Source: Candidatus Gottesmanbacteria bacterium UBA5942
Lineage (GTDB): Bacteria > Patescibacteriota > Microgenomatia > UBA10105 > UBA927
Reading direction: 5' to 3'
Assembly (NCBI GenBank): GCA_002430725.1
Contig: DJCU01000008.1
Coordinates: 393-64,392 of the forward strand
DNA length: 64,000 bases
The position numbers and the translations under genes are program-made. Below the pieces are notes generated by a model, which ran no database searches, had not been told where the DNA came from, and was given only the letters and a program-made list of their open reading frames with translations. Below, in pieces: positions 39,006 to 49,010 of the stretch; within the stretch, counting starts at the first letter, position 1; each line of letters starts with the position of its first letter.

Positions 39006-40204
39006 GTATGGTGATATGATTTTTGCTTGGTATGTAAAATACCGAGGTAGGCAAGTTCATCTTGTATCGATCTGATCTTTTTTTCCCATGTGTTTTCTTT
39101 CGCAATATGTTTCATTTGTCGGAAATGATGTGAGGAGGGCGGGTGTCGAAGTGCTTGCTGTATGGCGCGAGTCCAATCGGTATTGTTTCGTGCCACGCGA
39201 ATAAGAGGAGTGAGCCTCATGAGTTCATAAATTGGGGCAGTCACGATTGGTTTTTGTGCGTAAAAATATTCCATAATTTTCATAGGATATGCATAGCGAC
39301 TGAGCGGAACACTCATGTCATATGGAATAACGGCAACGGAGAATTGAGAAAGAATAGAGGGAATATGTCGCGGGTTGACTTGCGTGTGATACACATTGGG
39401 GAGAGCGAGGAGATTTGTCATTAATGTTCGTAATGACGGGGTAAAGTGGTCATAAAACAGAGGGCCAATGAGCGCAAATTGCCATGAGGGATGATGTGTT
39501 GCGAGATTATGTAATAATCTAAAATTAACGCGGTAGTCGATAGATCCGATAAATCCGATAATCGGGCGATCTTTAGAAAGTGGAAGTGAATATTTCGAAG
39601 GGCGAGTGAACATATCAATCCGAAAGCCTAGTGGCACGCGGATGACATCTGGGCGAACAGGCTTGAGTTTTCGAACGAGTGTGTGTGAATTCGTAACTAC
39701 CAGTGAGGCATGAGAGAGTAATGACTTTTCCGCCTTTTTAAGGTAGTGGGCGAGCGATGGGTGAGGGTTTGTCGCGATATCCACGCAGTCATAAATAGTT
39801 GTATGCAATCGAAAGAGGGGGGGGAGGAGGAGAAAGACAGGGTCAAAATAACCAAAAAACCAGAAAATTATTGTTCTTTTTTGATAAATAGAAATTATTG
39901 AACAAATAATATACGCAACAAGAGCGTTAAGAAAAAGATTGATATATTGTATCCATTGAATTCGTTTGCCCGGGATAAGATACAGTGGTTGCATTTTCCA
40001 TAGATTGCCCCTTTTTATCAGTGGGCGATACTGTTGTGTCCGGGTTACTAATTCTTTTATCGAAACGCTATCACCCCAAAGAAAGCAAAATACCATGTGG
40101 CTTTTTGACAATATGCGGGCGGTTTGATTGGCATAGTCTGTATGCCAATTCCACGGGTTATGAAAAGGAATGAATATCAAGGATGTTGCTTGCTGTTTCC
40201 CCAT
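39002..40204 (-). CDS. GT-B (GT4-like) glycosyltransferase
   Basis: IYDCVD, IIGFIGSIDYR, AVIPY, PMKIMEYF..KPIVT, NTWE. Confidence 0.85.
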   Translation of the reverse strand: MGKQQATSLIFIPFHNPWNWHTDYANQTARILSKSHMVFCFLWGDSVSIKELVTRTQQYRPLIKRGNLWKMQPLYLIPGKRIQWIQYINLFLNALVAYIICSIISIYQKRTIIFWFFGYFDPVFLLLPPLFRLHTTIYDCVDIATNPHPSLAHYLKKAEKSLLSHASLVVTNSHTLVRKLKPVRPDVIRVPLGFRIDMFTRPSKYSLPLSKDRPIIGFIGSIDYRVNFRLLHNLATHHPSWQFALIGPLFYDHFTPSLRTLMTNLLALPNVYHTQVNPRHIPSILSQFSVAVIPYDMSVPLSRYAYPMKIMEYFYAQKPIVTAPIYELMRLTPLIRVARNNTDWTRAIQQALRHPPSSHHFRQMKHIAKENTWEKKIRSIQDELAYLGILHTKQKSYHHT

Positions 40205-40265
40205 ATGTTTTTTCGCACCTTATTCTAAGCGAGAAACTTCTGGGCGTAAAGCGCTGGGGTAGCGA

Positions 40266-41063
40266 TTAATAAAATATATCTTCACCATTGGGGATCGTTG
40301 TTTTGTGCAGTTCTTTAACCGGTATACGGTTTCCTCCGATGTATAAAATTTTTAGATTTGGCGGAAGTACACGAGGAAATTCGCGTAGACGGTTGCCCGT
40401 AAGATCAAGTTCGGTGAGATTAGTGAGATATTGCATGCTGGCAGGTAATTCTTCAAGTTTGTTGTATGCCAAGCTAAGCGTCGTCAGATTGGTCAGGTTG
40501 CCGATTGATTCTGGTAGTCGGGAAATGCGGTTGCCTTCGAGATTAAGTATTTCGAGCGTTGAAATATCACCGATTTGCGTAGGAACTTCGGTAACCCGGG
40601 TATTTCTGATGGTTATTTGTTTAACATTTGTAAAAAGATTTATATTTGTAGGAAGTGATTCAAGTGGCGTATCTTCAATCAGAAGTAAGGTTACCCATGG
40701 CATGGGTTTTTGTAATGGTAATGTGCGTAATAGGTCGGTGCCGTCGAATATAAGTTCTTCTGTGGACGTTTTGGTGAGGTCGGGGTGATTATCTAATATA
40801 CGGAGAAAAAATGTTTGCGGTGAATATACTGCTTGCTGGTGAATTATCCGCTCCGGAAGTATATGTGCAAGATAAAAAAGTTGGGTAAACACCGCCAGCC
40901 ACATGTATACACTGATAGTCGCGATAACACATCCCACCAGTGACCACAATGCTATTTGGCGTATGTTAATGAGGCGATGAGTTTTGGGTTTTGCCGTGGG
41001 GACTATTGCTGCCGTGGAAGGCGCAAATGCGGTGGGTGATGGGGGGACAGGTTGCTCTTGCAT
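40266..41063 (-). CDS. Membrane-anchored leucine-rich repeat protein
   Basis: TM helix followed by 23-aa LRRs (LPESIGNLTNLTTLSLAYNKLEE, LPASMQYLTNLTELDLTGNRLRE). Confidence 0.9.
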   Translation of the reverse strand: MQEQPVPPSPTAFAPSTAAIVPTAKPKTHRLINIRQIALWSLVGCVIATISVYMWLAVFTQLFYLAHILPERIIHQQAVYSPQTFFLRILDNHPDLTKTSTEELIFDGTDLLRTLPLQKPMPWVTLLLIEDTPLESLPTNINLFTNVKQITIRNTRVTEVPTQIGDISTLEILNLEGNRISRLPESIGNLTNLTTLSLAYNKLEELPASMQYLTNLTELDLTGNRLREFPRVLPPNLKILYIGGNRIPVKELHKTTIPNGEDIFY

Positions 41064-41104
41064 GATTTGTTATACGTTGTAACTCTACGTTACAATAGTA
41101 TTGT

Positions 41105-41674
41105 ATGGATTCTGCCCCACAACATGCAAATGCGTTATCTGTGCCCGTAACAGAGTTAACAAAACCCCGGAAACAATTTTCAGCGGTGATTACCCAGGGA
41201 TTTAGCGTAATCCTTATAGGATTGATAGTAGGTGGAGTTATTACTGCTGCATTGTGGTTTTTGCCATACACTCGCGTTGTCATTAACAGTCAGCCAGCGA
41301 GTCCTACAATTCTCGTGCAGTCAGCTCGTTTGGCAAAAGATGGATTTATTGTGTTGTATGCAATCACCGAATCAGGATCACAGATTGTCGGGCTTTCAAC
41401 TCGTTTGCAGTCTGGGTACTATCGTAATTTTATCATTCCAATTTCAAGAGAATCTGTTTATCCTGAGGGCGTGAGATCATTTGTAATGAGGGTGTTTGTG
41501 GATGATGGAGATTTGGTATTTGATGAAATCATTGATACCCCTGTGAAAACGTGGAGTGGTGTTATATACCAAAAGCGTTTTTGGTTTTTATATCCCGACC
41601 GATCATTTCGTCAATGGTATCGTATTTTTATAAGTAACCCTCTGTCAGTGTTGGGAGATATGATTATCCCATGA
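41105..41674 (+). CDS. Membrane-anchored beta-rich extracellular protein
   Basis: One TM, then TILVQSARLAKDGFIVL...IVGLS..L.SG...DDGD..FD...DTPV (possible Ca-binding loop). Confidence 0.65.
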   Translation: MDSAPQHANALSVPVTELTKPRKQFSAVITQGFSVILIGLIVGGVITAALWFLPYTRVVINSQPASPTILVQSARLAKDGFIVLYAITESGSQIVGLSTRLQSGYYRNFIIPISRESVYPEGVRSFVMRVFVDDGDLVFDEIIDTPVKTWSGVIYQKRFWFLYPDRSFRQWYRIFISNPLSVLGDMIIP

Positions 41675-41728
41675 CGCATCTTTTATGATTTCTTCGGGAA
41701 TAATTTTGATGTGATAGAATCAACCCAG

Positions 41729-43192
41729 ATGAAACCGGCTTCGCGCACGCTTATTTTTGCTACGCTGTTGTTTTATGGGTCGCTTGTTATCGCACCGCAT
41801 AAAATTGCTGTTTTTTTATTTACTTTCTGTTATTTTTTCATCCTCTGGCGGCTCATGAGGCATTTTCGACTTGCTCTTATGACGCTGTACCTTACGCTGA
41901 TTCCCATTCTTGTCGGGAAGCTGTTTGATATTGATTTGATTTCTGGAAAGGAGCTTGGAATCCCTGGGAGGGATTTCGGCATAGCCGCGGATATCGTTAT
42001 TACAATATCTGACATCACAGTCGCCCTAATGGGGGTATTGCTGGTAGGTGCCTCCTTACGGAAGGAGTCTTTCAATCGCCAGTATCCTTTTTTGGAGCTT
42101 ATATTGTTTTTGTATGCTGTAGGCACGGTGGTCGCGACACTTATGGGGTCGGTGCGGCCAGATATCTCCATTGTGCATAGCGTATTTGCATTAAAACCGT
42201 TGATTCTGTATTACTTTTTTTCGCTGCAGCCCACGTTGCGTCCCGCAGTAGTCATTTCGGTGTTTACCGCCGGACTTTTTTTCGAACTTGGTATTGTGAT
42301 GGGGCAGGTGCTGAAGGGTGGGTCCATAGGGCTTGTCATCGAAACAATCGGTAATTATATCGTCATCGATCGGTCGCTTGATGCCGCTGGGCTGCTTCGG
42401 TACGGGGGAACCTATATGCACGCCAATGCGTTGGCGCATGCGATGCTTATTCCGTTTTGTTTTTCTGTGTCTGCGTTGTTTTATTCGTACGGGAAAAAAG
42501 ACCGGCTGATTTTTTCGGGATTTTTTGCCGGCCTTATTGTGGTTATTTTGACGATGAGCAGATCGGTATGGTTGAGTGTGGTATTTGGGCTCAGTGTTTT
42601 TTTTATTTTCACCCGATTCGTATGGCGCTATAAATTAAAGCTAATTATCGTGCTTACACTGGCACAGCGTAGTGTCCTGGTTGGTGTCATAGTCGTATTA
42701 GGAATACTCATGATGCCGCGTCTTGTCAGTACCTTATATTCCGGTGGGCTATATGGAAGTATAGAAACTCGCTCAATGCTTCTTAAGGAGTACACACAGT
42801 CGCTATCAACAAATTTGATGGCAGGAGTCGGACTGGAAATGGATGTGTATATGCAGTATCTACGGGCGAGTCATTTTGGAAGCCGCAATATTGATGCACC
42901 GAACCGTTCTGTGCTGCTTTATTTCCCGGAACCCGTTCACAATGGTTTTTTACGACTGCTTATTCAGGTGGGGTTGATAGGGGCAGTTCCTTATTATCTC
43001 CTTGTGTTTTCGTTGGGGTACGTGCTTTATAGAAAGTTGCTGAGGGTTACATCAGTAATGCACCGGTTTTTTGGTGCGTCTTTGATGGCGGCTTACATTG
43101 CCATGATTGTCAACGGATTTATGCAGCCGATTCTTCCTGATATGCCCGTTTTGACCGCGCTTGTTATGATATACTTATCAGATTCGGTATGA
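41729..43192 (+). CDS. O-antigen ligase/polymerase (Wzy_C) family protein
   Basis: RYGGTYMHANALA, LTMSRSVW, SIETR, GVG, PVHNGFL...QVGLIG. Confidence 0.85.
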   Translation: MKPASRTLIFATLLFYGSLVIAPHKIAVFLFTFCYFFILWRLMRHFRLALMTLYLTLIPILVGKLFDIDLISGKELGIPGRDFGIAADIVITISDITVALMGVLLVGASLRKESFNRQYPFLELILFLYAVGTVVATLMGSVRPDISIVHSVFALKPLILYYFFSLQPTLRPAVVISVFTAGLFFELGIVMGQVLKGGSIGLVIETIGNYIVIDRSLDAAGLLRYGGTYMHANALAHAMLIPFCFSVSALFYSYGKKDRLIFSGFFAGLIVVILTMSRSVWLSVVFGLSVFFIFTRFVWRYKLKLIIVLTLAQRSVLVGVIVVLGILMMPRLVSTLYSGGLYGSIETRSMLLKEYTQSLSTNLMAGVGLEMDVYMQYLRASHFGSRNIDAPNRSVLLYFPEPVHNGFLRLLIQVGLIGAVPYYLLVFSLGYVLYRKLLRVTSVMHRFFGASLMAAYIAMIVNGFMQPILPDMPVLTALVMIYLSDSV

Positions 43193-44061
43193 AAAAACCT
43201 TTCCGGTGGCGCAAAGTAGGATTTATTGAATATTTTGGTATTGTCTTGTTTCTGTTGGTTGCGGCATTTGTCTACGTTTATGTGTCTCCGAAATCGAGTG
43301 ATATTTTGGTTACCCTGCGTGTCGCTGAAAAAGATTTAATCTGGTTGGATAACGGGTCGCCGCGGGGGATACGGGCAAGCACGATTAAAGAAGGGATGAA
43401 AGAGGTGGATGTATTCGGGAGAGTTATTGCGGAGGTTGTGAAGGTTCGATCGTTCAGTCAGCCCCAGACCGAATCGGTATATCTGAATAAAAAAACCGTC
43501 TATGTCACGCTGAGACTCCGCGCGCAATATAACAAACAAAAAAAACAATACCGGTTTCAAGGAACCGTTTTACAGGCAAGCGATTGGCTGCGCGTAACGA
43601 TCCAGTCAACTATTGTGAACGGTGTTTTGGTGATGGTGCCTGCAAAAGAATCACCTCCTCCTTATTATGTGACCCTGAAGACACAAGTAAAGCTGGAGAA
43701 CCCGTTTCTCTACGAGCCCTTCAACGAAACGACCGGTGTTGATCCGTACGTAGCAGACGCGATAACTGTCGGGGAAAAAGCTACGGATTCTGACGGTTTT
43801 GTACTCGCGGAGGTGTTGGAGAAAACAGTGCGTCCTGCCTCGATTATTGTCGGCGATCAATACGGAAATATTTTTGAGCGGCAGCACCCTCGGAAAGTTG
43901 ATATTTTTCTTACTATCCGTGTCGCAGCACAGGAGATTGATGGTCAGCTGTATTATTTGGATACCATTCCTTTGCAGGTAAACTTGCCAGTGCCACTTTT
44001 TCTCAAAAACATTACCGTAGAGCCGAGGATTGTAGAGATTGTCTCCGTTGAGTCGCCTTAA
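43189..44061 (+). CDS. Membrane-anchored protein with two tandem DUF4330-like domains
   Basis: Internal duplication: I.EG.KE.D..GRVIAEVV...VYVTLRL vs ITVGEKATD.DGFVLAEVL...IFLTIRV. ATGA overlap with the ligase gene. Confidence 0.65.
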   Translation: MKKPFRWRKVGFIEYFGIVLFLLVAAFVYVYVSPKSSDILVTLRVAEKDLIWLDNGSPRGIRASTIKEGMKEVDVFGRVIAEVVKVRSFSQPQTESVYLNKKTVYVTLRLRAQYNKQKKQYRFQGTVLQASDWLRVTIQSTIVNGVLVMVPAKESPPPYYVTLKTQVKLENPFLYEPFNETTGVDPYVADAITVGEKATDSDGFVLAEVLEKTVRPASIIVGDQYGNIFERQHPRKVDIFLTIRVAAQEIDGQLYYLDTIPLQVNLPVPLFLKNITVEPRIVEIVSVESP

Positions 44062-44095
44062 TTCGCAGAATTACACATACGCCGCTCATTCGAGT

Positions 44096-45208
44096 TTATG
44101 TGTGAGGTGTATTAGGGGAGTGTTTTGCGCGCTGATTTTTTATCGCTGCCTGGATGTAAGTGGCAAGCCTCTTGCGAAATACTTGTTTGCTGTATTGTTT
44201 CGCATGCCGATATAGTCGCGTTGATGAAAACTGCATGTGCGATATCCGTTGTATGGCGGTCATCAGGCTTTTTACTGTGTGCTTACGAAAAAATACTCCG
44301 GTAACTCCATCTTTCAGTGTCTCTTTCGGGCCGCCGCCATAGTAAGCGATCACTGGAACACCATGTGCTAATGCTTCCAGTGGTGCAATGCCGAAATCCT
44401 CCTTTTTTGATGGAAAAAGAAATGCGATGGTGCTTTGATACAGTGTTCTGATTTCTTTATCGGATTTGAAACCAAGAAACTGAACGGTCGGGCCAGCAAT
44501 CTCCCGCAGGAATTGTTCGTATCTGGGCTCATTGGTGACACCCACAATGCGAAGCGGGACACCAAGCTTTGTACACGCTTTTACTGCGAGTTCTAGGTGT
44601 TTATCGCGGTCTAGCCGAGATACACAGAGGAAAAACTCCGGTTTACTGCGCTTGGGTAATACCGTAGGGATTTGTACAGGGGGAGGGAGGATGTGCGCGT
44701 GAATACCAAATAGTCTCCGTATCGTTTGTTGCATGTGTCGGGAGCTCGTCAGAATAAACGGAGTATTGGTAATTGCCTGGCGATATTTAGGTGCGATGTA
44801 TTGGTCATAATGAGTCAATCGCATCAAGGGAGTCTTTGGTAGTAGTCCAAATAGTGATTTGGGAATTGTATGGATATACTGAATATGTACACTATGAGGG
44901 GCATTGATCATGTTACACATCAGGGTGCAGGCACTGGAAAGGACCAAATCATAGCGAGATAAGTCTATTTTCCCCCACAGATATGGAGCCATAACCTGCA
45001 TCAGGGAACGGTGGGTAGAGATCAGTGATAGAATTTGCCATCGTGTCTGAAGCACAAATGTTTGTCTGGCTAAAAAATTCTGCACCACCCATTTTTCCGC
45101 AAATGACGTGATGCAAACCGCCTTGGGGAACATTTCAAGCATGGTGAGCGTTACTCGTTCTGCTCCACCGAAATCGTCAAATGTGTCATTTATGATGGCG
45201 ATATTCAT
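44096..45208 (-). CDS. GT4 glycosyltransferase
   Basis: MNIAII.D....GGAERV, VSRL...K, EDFGIAPLEALAHGVPVIAY..GG..ET. Confidence 0.9.
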   Translation of the reverse strand: MNIAIINDTFDDFGGAERVTLTMLEMFPKAVCITSFAEKWVVQNFLARQTFVLQTRWQILSLISTHRSLMQVMAPYLWGKIDLSRYDLVLSSACTLMCNMINAPHSVHIQYIHTIPKSLFGLLPKTPLMRLTHYDQYIAPKYRQAITNTPFILTSSRHMQQTIRRLFGIHAHILPPPVQIPTVLPKRSKPEFFLCVSRLDRDKHLELAVKACTKLGVPLRIVGVTNEPRYEQFLREIAGPTVQFLGFKSDKEIRTLYQSTIAFLFPSKKEDFGIAPLEALAHGVPVIAYYGGGPKETLKDGVTGVFFRKHTVKSLMTAIQRISHMQFSSTRLYRHAKQYSKQVFRKRLATYIQAAIKNQRAKHSPNTPHT

Positions 45209-46106
45209 AGAATTTGACCACATGATACCAAAGTTTACCGATGCGTGAAACGGTAGGAAAGATGATGAGAAGTAGCCCATAATAGAACTGCTGGAGTATA
45301 GGAAATCTCTGTGCCGAGCAAATCTCCTTGATAAACCATACAGGGAAAAATGTTGGGTATGGGGATGCCCGTAAATCTACTTTATACTCATCTATGGTAC
45401 ATGCATCAGAATACCCATTCCAGAACGCTGCAGTCCATAGTGGGCCAAACGAAACTCTTGGGGTTGCATGCGCGATAATGGTAGGGTCAAAATAAATTGT
45501 TTTTCCTGCTTGTACGAGACGAAGGCCGAGCTCTACATCGTCATTTCGGTATCTACGGTGTCGTTCGGGAAATCCAAAGGAAAGAAGGGTAGATCGTCTG
45601 ATACCCATGACTTCACAATCGAGTATTCTACCCCAGAGAAGGGGAACGGCTCGTTTTAGTCCGGGAAAAAAATGATTTAATCCTCGCTGGTAGTAGGCAA
45701 ATTGAGTTGCCGCGTATATATTGTCTTCGTGTGAGTTTGTTATGCGCCCAATAACCGCAGTAAGAGTAGGGTCTCTTTGGAAATGTTTTTGAAACTTTGC
45801 TAGGTACTTGCGGTCTGCAACGCAGTCATCATCCAAGTAAACGACAATATCTCCATGTGCTGTTTTTGCCCCAAGTGTACGTCCATAAGGAATAGAGTGT
45901 TTCGTATTTCTTTTGATGATATGGAGTGTGTTGGTGTGTGACTTGATGACCGCAACCGTTTGTTTGTGAAGTTGGGTTGATCCGTCTACTATGACGACTT
46001 CAATAGGTTGTGTTTTCTGTTTGTGAATTGAGGTAAGTGCCTTTTCTAATAGGTGTGGGCGATCGCTGGTAAGGATAATAACACTGATAGTTGGCGGTTT
46101 ATTCAT
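45186..46106 (-). CDS. GT2 glycosyltransferase
   Basis: ISVIILT.DR, VVIVDGS, VYLDDDC, DDVELGLRL. Confidence 0.9.
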   Translation of the reverse strand: MNKPPTISVIILTSDRPHLLEKALTSIHKQKTQPIEVVIVDGSTQLHKQTVAVIKSHTNTLHIIKRNTKHSIPYGRTLGAKTAHGDIVVYLDDDCVADRKYLAKFQKHFQRDPTLTAVIGRITNSHEDNIYAATQFAYYQRGLNHFFPGLKRAVPLLWGRILDCEVMGIRRSTLLSFGFPERHRRYRNDDVELGLRLVQAGKTIYFDPTIIAHATPRVSFGPLWTAAFWNGYSDACTIDEYKVDLRASPYPTFFPVWFIKEICSAQRFPILQQFYYGLLLIIFPTVSRIGKLWYHVVKFYEYRHHK

Positions 46107-47116
46107 GGCTCTCGAGCTGATAACAGGGGTTTACCGGTGGTAATAAGCGACACAATATCTGCTCCAACTTTGAGTTTATTTTTTTTGATAGCGTCTTTTG
46201 CGGTGCACACTATCCAACAGTCATTACAGGCATGCGCTGCCGGGAGAAATTGTTGTTTAGGTTTTGAATACCATATTTGTTCAAATGATTGTTTTCGTAA
46301 GTTGCCAATTGGCCAATTTTTAATTTGACACATAAATATATTGGCAAATGGATCCATGTAGAAGAAATTTTCTCCTGCACCACAAGGGAGTGGGCGGCGA
46401 TGGTGTAGCATATATTCATACGAATACCGATTAAACCATGCCTTGCCCCAATTTTTGGGATTGATACTTTTCATCTGTTCAGAAAATAAATAATCAAACT
46501 CTTTTTTGACACTGCGGGGTTTTGGCTGCAACGATACTTTTCCTTTGCCAAAATAGATAGGCGAATCGTGAACGACATTGAGTGAAAAGGCGAGGTTTTC
46601 TTTTTTACAGTGGGCATAGACAGCTTTAAGTTCGTGTTGGTTGATACCCATGAGAGTAAACGTAAGGCCAATATCTTTTACCCCTGCTTCCTTGAGGATT
46701 GCCACTGATTGCATAACTTTTTCAAACGCTTGCGGTATGCCTCGAACTTTTTCATGGGTAGCCCCCCAACCATCGAGAGAAAGTCGAAATGCGATGGCAG
46801 GATCGTTTTTTACGATAGCCGGCGCATATTTTTTGATTTTTGAAGGTAAGAAGCCATTAGTGGTAATAAGTATTCTCGCTTTGGGACAACGTTTTCGGAT
46901 TATTCCGACAATTTCAGGAATATCGTTTCGTAAAAATGGTTCGCCACCGGTGATATCGACCATTTCGAGTGATGTGGGCAATTTTTTATATATTGTCACT
47001 GGCAAAAAATCGAGTCCACGATTTTTCCAGATGTCACAGTGGATACAACGAGAATTACAAAGGAGGGTGACGGAAATAAATGCGCTTTTGGGTAATGGAG
47101 ATTTCGTGTTAACCAT
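46103..47116 (-). CDS. Radical SAM/SPASM domain protein
   Basis: CNSRCIHC, TGGEPFLR, ITTNG, SLDG; C-terminal PCGAG...DP....MC...IGNL...CNDCWIVC. Confidence 0.9.
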   Translation of the reverse strand: MVNTKSPLPKSAFISVTLLCNSRCIHCDIWKNRGLDFLPVTIYKKLPTSLEMVDITGGEPFLRNDIPEIVGIIRKRCPKARILITTNGFLPSKIKKYAPAIVKNDPAIAFRLSLDGWGATHEKVRGIPQAFEKVMQSVAILKEAGVKDIGLTFTLMGINQHELKAVYAHCKKENLAFSLNVVHDSPIYFGKGKVSLQPKPRSVKKEFDYLFSEQMKSINPKNWGKAWFNRYSYEYMLHHRRPLPCGAGENFFYMDPFANIFMCQIKNWPIGNLRKQSFEQIWYSKPKQQFLPAAHACNDCWIVCTAKDAIKKNKLKVGADIVSLITTGKPLLSAREP

Positions 47117-47131
47117 AATAACGCTGGAACG

Positions 47132-47160
47132 AGAATAGCAGGCTCATTCCCGCCTGACAA
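47132..47160 (-). promoter_or_regulatory. Putative promoter TTGTCA-N17-TATTCT with an inverted repeat (caggc...gcctg) across the spacer
   Basis: Plus strand tgacaa 47155-47160 and agaata 47132-47137. Confidence 0.5.
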
Positions 47161-47206
47161 TTGAGTATATCATCTGTTTGTTGCCAAGGGAGTGCGATAG
47201 AGGAGG

Positions 47207-47689
47207 CTATCCGCTCTGACGAGCTAATATGTCGAGATAGCGAATGAGTGCCGGATTTTTCTTTTGTATCGGGTCGATGCTGCTTGTGGCTGTCATAATT
47301 TTTATAAGCGGTGTTTTGGGGGTGACGATGCGGATAAGGTGGTGATTTGCCATAAATGTCGCAAAATCAACCTGATGGTCATTAAGGTGTTCTCCGTAGT
47401 GCTTTTGTCGTGGGAGCACCCAGGGAATTTTTCCAAATGAAAGCGCTTGGTATATTGTTGCTGGTCCACCATGGCAAATAATCACTCGTGCGAGCTTCAT
47501 GTATTGCATAAGTTTTCGATGCGGTATGAACGCGTGGGGTTCTATTTCAGGATCGAGAAAGTGTGGTGGTGTATGTCCGTATTGAAATATGATTTTTTCA
47601 TTTGTCGGGCGAATATGAATAAGATGCTCGACCAAAGTCGTCATCCGTTGGAATGGAAATAGTGTGGAGCCAACTGTTATTAGTATCAT
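47207..47689 (-). CDS. Alg13/PssE/Cps14G-like glycosyltransferase subunit
   Basis: MILITVGS..FPFQR, QYG, ICHGGPATI, PRQKHYGEHLNDHQ. Confidence 0.9.
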   Translation of the reverse strand: MILITVGSTLFPFQRMTTLVEHLIHIRPTNEKIIFQYGHTPPHFLDPEIEPHAFIPHRKLMQYMKLARVIICHGGPATIYQALSFGKIPWVLPRQKHYGEHLNDHQVDFATFMANHHLIRIVTPKTPLIKIMTATSSIDPIQKKNPALIRYLDILARQSG

Positions 47690-48141
47690 AATATCGCTCC
47701 TTTGTACTTCGCGCGCGGATAGAATTTTTTTTGGGTAGGATGCTGCACAAGTATATGATCGACAAATGGTGATACAAGGCGACCAGTAAGGCTTGAAGTT
47801 TTTACGAGGTCAAACACTTCGATAAATACGGTTTTTATGCCAAGGAGTTTACCGATAATAAAAAATGGAGGCGCTATACCGGCGCCGCAGCTAATAAGGA
47901 GCGTTGGGCGTTCGGCTCTCAGGATTTGCCATGCAAGCCTGATGTGACGGATAGCATTATAGATATGCCTCGTTTCCGGGTAATAACCATAATAAACCCG
48001 TTCTTTTTTGAGCAGTGAGGCAACATCTTCACCGGAAAACGTTACCCAAAAATGGTCATACTTACTCCACCAGGGCTTTAGCCGATACATCTGGTATACG
48101 TGACCGCCTTTTGACGTAATAATACCAATGACTGGCTTCAT
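47686..48141 (-). CDS. Alg14/PssD/Cps14F-like glycosyltransferase subunit
   Basis: SKGGH, FWVTF, ERP..LISCGAGIAPPF, VFIEVF, SLTGRL, VQ. Confidence 0.9.
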   Translation of the reverse strand: MKPVIGIITSKGGHVYQMYRLKPWWSKYDHFWVTFSGEDVASLLKKERVYYGYYPETRHIYNAIRHIRLAWQILRAERPTLLISCGAGIAPPFFIIGKLLGIKTVFIEVFDLVKTSSLTGRLVSPFVDHILVQHPTQKKFYPRAKYKGAIL

Positions 48142-49010
48142 CGATGCCTAGCGTACCCCCAAATTCTGATACATGCAAGTGCTATGTAGAGAAATATATG
48201 ACCAAATGCCTCTTTCCACTTACCATGACGTATAAATCGTATTTCTCTTTGGGAAAAACTTTGTATATGGAGCAGAAGTTTTTTGGCGGGAATAACGCCA
48301 AGGCGTTCTCCGCGGGGGAGAATGTTGTCGAGATAGCCTTCGCTTTCAGCAAACCGCTGATGCTGCCTAAGAAAGCTTTGGAGTGTCGTTCGCTCGTGGT
48401 GGGACGCGATAATAGATCGGTCGAGATAGATGGTAATTCCTGCTCTCCGAAGCCGCAGTCCGAGTTCAATATCTTCGCTTCCACGGTGCATGCGAGGCGA
48501 TAGTCCGCGGTGTTTCCAAAACAATGCCCTTGGCATGGAGGCGTTTTTGCTATCAAAAGATTTGAGCGTGTTTTTTGAAAGCGACATAGCCGCAAGCCAA
48601 TTTTTGTAGTGATCACCCATAATATCAACGTAGACGTTACCGCGGGGGATACTGTGTGTAAACCCTTGAATAACTGCGTTAGGGTGTTTCATGTGTGCGC
48701 GTCTTATACGAGCAAGGAATGTTTTTGAGGCTTTGCAGTCATCGTCAAAAAATACCAGAATATCACCCTTGGCGCGTCTGGCTGCTTCATTATAAAAGGC
48801 TGGATACCCTTTTTTGAGATAGCGGACATATACAATAGGAAGTTTTTTAGCGAGTTTTGCGACAATGTGAGGCGTGTCATCAGTTGAGGCGTCTACGACA
48901 ATTATTTCATCATTCGTTCTACATTGACCAATAAGTGACGTAAGTGCAATTTTAAGAAGCGCTGATCTATTTTTGGTAACGGTAATAATGGAAAGTGTAG
49001 GGAGTTTCAT
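48138..49010 (-). CDS. GT2 glycosyltransferase
   Basis: SIITVTKNR, IIVVD, FFDDDC, EDIELGLRL. Confidence 0.9.
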   Translation of the reverse strand: MKLPTLSIITVTKNRSALLKIALTSLIGQCRTNDEIIVVDASTDDTPHIVAKLAKKLPIVYVRYLKKGYPAFYNEAARRAKGDILVFFDDDCKASKTFLARIRRAHMKHPNAVIQGFTHSIPRGNVYVDIMGDHYKNWLAAMSLSKNTLKSFDSKNASMPRALFWKHRGLSPRMHRGSEDIELGLRLRRAGITIYLDRSIIASHHERTTLQSFLRQHQRFAESEGYLDNILPRGERLGVIPAKKLLLHIQSFSQREIRFIRHGKWKEAFGHIFLYIALACIRIWGYARHR

